From contig JAQTOB010000007.1 of the NCBI GenBank assembly GCA_028713575.1, forward strand, positions 1 to 32,000: a stretch of 32,000 nucleotides of DNA, given 5' to 3'. Made by a program: the position numbers and the translations under genes. Positions 30,035 to 32,000 of this stretch are shown here, in pieces. Source of the DNA: Patescibacteria group bacterium (GTDB lineage: Bacteria > Patescibacteriota > Patescibacteriia > UBA2591 > UBA6264). Numbering within the stretch: the first letter of the stretch is position 1; each line of letters opens with the position of its first letter. The notes below the pieces were generated by a model. That model had not been told where the DNA came from and searched no databases. It saw only the letters and a list, made by a program, of their open reading frames with translations.

Positions 30035-32000
30035 TTATTTGCACATTTTATTGCTACAAATAATATTTTTTCCTTTTCTTACCATTAAGCTGTTACAACG
30101 AGGACATTTTTCGTTGAGAGGTTCATCCCAAAGGGCAAAATCGCATTTTGGCCAATTTGAACAGCCGTAGAAAAACTTACCCTTGCGTGTTCTTTTTTTT
30201 ACAATTTCACCATTGCATTTTGGACAAGGAACATTAATTGTTTCATTGTTTGAATTGTTTTGGTTTAATGATTGAGTATATTTGCATTTAGGAAAACCAG
30301 TGCAAGCTAAAAATTTTCCAAAACGACCCATTTTTATCACTAATGGTTCATTGCATTTCGGACATCTTTTATCGGTTTGTTCATCGGTAAAAGTTTTATT
30401 TATTTCTTGTTCTTTCATTTTTAAATTTTTTATAAAGGGTTGATAAAAATTAATCAGCATTTTTAAATGATCATCTTTGCCCGCCGCCACTTCATCCAGC
30501 TTATTTTCCATTTCTGCCGTGAATTGATAATCAACGATAACAGGAAAATGTTTTACTAAAAGATTATTAACCAAAACGCCTATTTCTGTCGGATAAAAAG
30601 CTTTTTGTTGCTTTTGTACATAGTTCCTATTTTGAATAGTAGAAATGATGGGGGCGTAAGTGGACGGCCGACCGATTCCATATTCTTCTAAAGTTTTAAC
30701 TAAACTGGCTTCATTATAACGGGGAGGCGGCTCGGTAAAATGCTGTTCGGGCTTTAATTGTTTTAATTTTAAGATTTGATCGACTTTTAATTTTGGCAAA
30801 TAACATTCATTTTGTTTTTCAGGATATATTTTAATCCAACCATCAAAATTAATACTTGATCCATTGGCGCGGAAAAGATATTGTTTTGCCTTAATATCCA
30901 CAGAAATTGAATCAATGATTTCTGAAGACATTTGTGAGGCCAAAGCCCGACGCCAAATTAAATCATAAAGTTTAAATTGATTTTTATTTAAATATTTGGC
31001 AATTTCCTTCGGAGCATAACGACAGTCAGTTGGCCGAATGGCCTCATGTGCTTCTTGCGCGTTTTTTATTTTTGTTTTATAAAAACGTTTTTGGTAATAT
31101 TTTTTTCCGTATTCATTTTCAATGAATAGTTGGCTTTCGTTTAAAAATTTATCTGCTAAGTGCAAAGAATCGGTACGCATATAAGTAATTAAACCGGTAA
31201 TTGATTTTTTATTTAAGGCAATGCCCTCATAAAGCTGTTGGGCAAACATCATGGTTTGTTTAACCGTAAAACCAAGCTTTTTGTTGGCCTCTTGTTGTAA
31301 GGTGCTGGTAGTAAACGGTGGCAAAGGATGTTTTGTCAATTGTTTTTCGTTTATTTTACTTACTTGATATTCAGCATCTTTTAGTTCTTTAATTATTTTT
31401 TCAACTTGTTCCTTATTTTTGATCCCTGGTTTTTCCAAGGTCTGGTCATCTTTTTTTGTTAGTTTGGCCCAAAAAGAATTTTTTTCTTTTTCTAATTTTA
31501 TTTCAATTGACCAGTATTCTTCGGGTTTAAATTTTTTGATTTCCTCCTCTCTTTCCATAATTAATCTAACTGCCGGAGATTGAACGCGTCCGGCAGAAAG
31601 CCCTTTAACCACTTTTTTCCAAAGCAGGGGAGAAAGATGATAACCGACTAAACGGTCAAGGATTCTTCTAGCCTGTTGCGCGTTAACTAAATTTTTGTCT
31701 ATTTCTCGGGGATTTAACAATGCTCGTTTTACTGCTTCTTCGGTGATTTCGCCAAAAGTGATTCTATAAAAATTGGAAATTGGTTTGTTGTTTGTTTGCT
31801 GGTTGGTGGACTGATGTTTTGAATTTTCAGGTTGTAAAACCTGGCTAAGGTGCCAGGCAATGGCCTCGCCTTCCCGATCTTCGTCAGTAGCAAAATATAT
31901 TTTTTTTACTTGAGTAGAGAGTTTTTTTAATTTATTGACAATTTTTCTTTTTTTTGTGGGAATAACATATTGAGCTTCAAATTTTTTTTCTGGGTTAATC
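30035..32000 (-). CDS. topA: DNA topoisomerase I (the N-terminus runs off the window end)
   Basis: The ORF is open to position 32000 on the - strand. The region upstream of the track's TTG reads KIYFATDEDREGEAIAWHL (Toprim). This is followed by DRLVGYHLSPLLW, ITYMRTDS (catalytic Tyr region), GIGRPSTYA and three to four C-terminal CxxC...CxxC zinc ribbons. Confidence 0.95.
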   Translation of the reverse strand, partial: INPEKKFEAQYVIPTKKRKIVNKLKKLSTQVKKIYFATDEDREGEAIAWHLSQVLQPENSKHQSTNQQTNNKPISNFYRITFGEITEEAVKRALLNPREIDKNLVNAQQARRILDRLVGYHLSPLLWKKVVKGLSAGRVQSPAVRLIMEREEEIKKFKPEEYWSIEIKLEKEKNSFWAKLTKKDDQTLEKPGIKNKEQVEKIIKELKDAEYQVSKINEKQLTKHPLPPFTTSTLQQEANKKLGFTVKQTMMFAQQLYEGIALNKKSITGLITYMRTDSLHLADKFLNESQLFIENEYGKKYYQKRFYKTKIKNAQEAHEAIRPTDCRYAPKEIAKYLNKNQFKLYDLIWRRALASQMSSEIIDSISVDIKAKQYLFRANGSSINFDGWIKIYPEKQNECYLPKLKVDQILKLKQLKPEQHFTEPPPRYNEASLVKTLEEYGIGRPSTYAPIISTIQNRNYVQKQQKAFYPTEIGVLVNNLLVKHFPVIVDYQFTAEMENKLDEVAAGKDDHLKMLINFYQPFIKNLKMKEQEINKTFTDEQTDKRCPKCNEPLVIKMGRFGKFLACTGFPKCKYTQSLNQNNSNNETINVPCPKCNGEIVKKRTRKGKFFYGCSNWPKCDFALWDEPLNEKCPRCNSLMVRKGKNIICSNKMCK

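Noticed and set aside
1-32000. Alternative genetic code (UGA as a sense codon, as in some CPR lineages, or TAA reassignment)
   Set aside because: TGA ends the PNPOx-like gene (2749-2751), secD (21546-21548) and the glycosyltransferase (23727-23729) at the expected ends. No conserved gene needs an in-frame TGA. TAA ends most genes. The few in-frame TAA codons are therefore treated as local anomalies, not a code change.

Overview
The window is AT-rich (roughly one-third GC by eye) and gene-dense. Every gene from 1 to about 29.1 kb is on the + strand. A convergent strand switch follows, leading into three tRNAs and topA on the - strand.

Gene order: ileS (3' part) | accessory stretch of about 4.6 kb (RhuM-Doc/Fic fusion, PNPOx-like flavoprotein, MBL-fold hydrolase, small membrane protein, GHKL-ATPase + STAS-like pair) | O-antigen-ligase-like/TPR membrane protein, pgk, four-helix-bundle pseudogene, eno, gpmI, gpmI | hpf, secA | Fic/wHTH, CDA-fold deaminase with an in-frame stop | secD, secF, GT4 glycosyltransferase, murJ, hypothetical, lepA, FtsB/DivIC-like, PAP2 phosphatase | tRNA-Met, tRNA-fMet, tRNA-Leu, topA.

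TAA, TAG and TGA all end genes at the positions expected from homologs, so the standard bacterial code applies. Few genes have a Shine-Dalgarno sequence. The gene content and style fit a small-genome Patescibacteria/CPR-like bacterium, but that is an inference only. All product calls rest on motif recognition in the supplied translations; no database search was possible.

Main second-look items:
1. A two-gene GHKL-ATPase/STAS-like cassette bounded by a perfect 46-bp direct repeat. This is the best candidate for an undescribed system.
2. A family of small GC-rich hairpin elements, several inserted in frame inside ileS, secA and the O-antigen-ligase-like gene, with A/T-rich flanking direct repeats.
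3. A parvulin PPIase domain, apparently circularly permuted, embedded in the SecD periplasmic domain.
4. A pgk-eno spacer carrying a relic second pgk 3' end and an inverted-repeat-bounded four-helix-bundle gene.
5. A higher-order tandem repeat array downstream of eno.
6. In-frame TAA codons interrupting two, possibly three, conserved genes.
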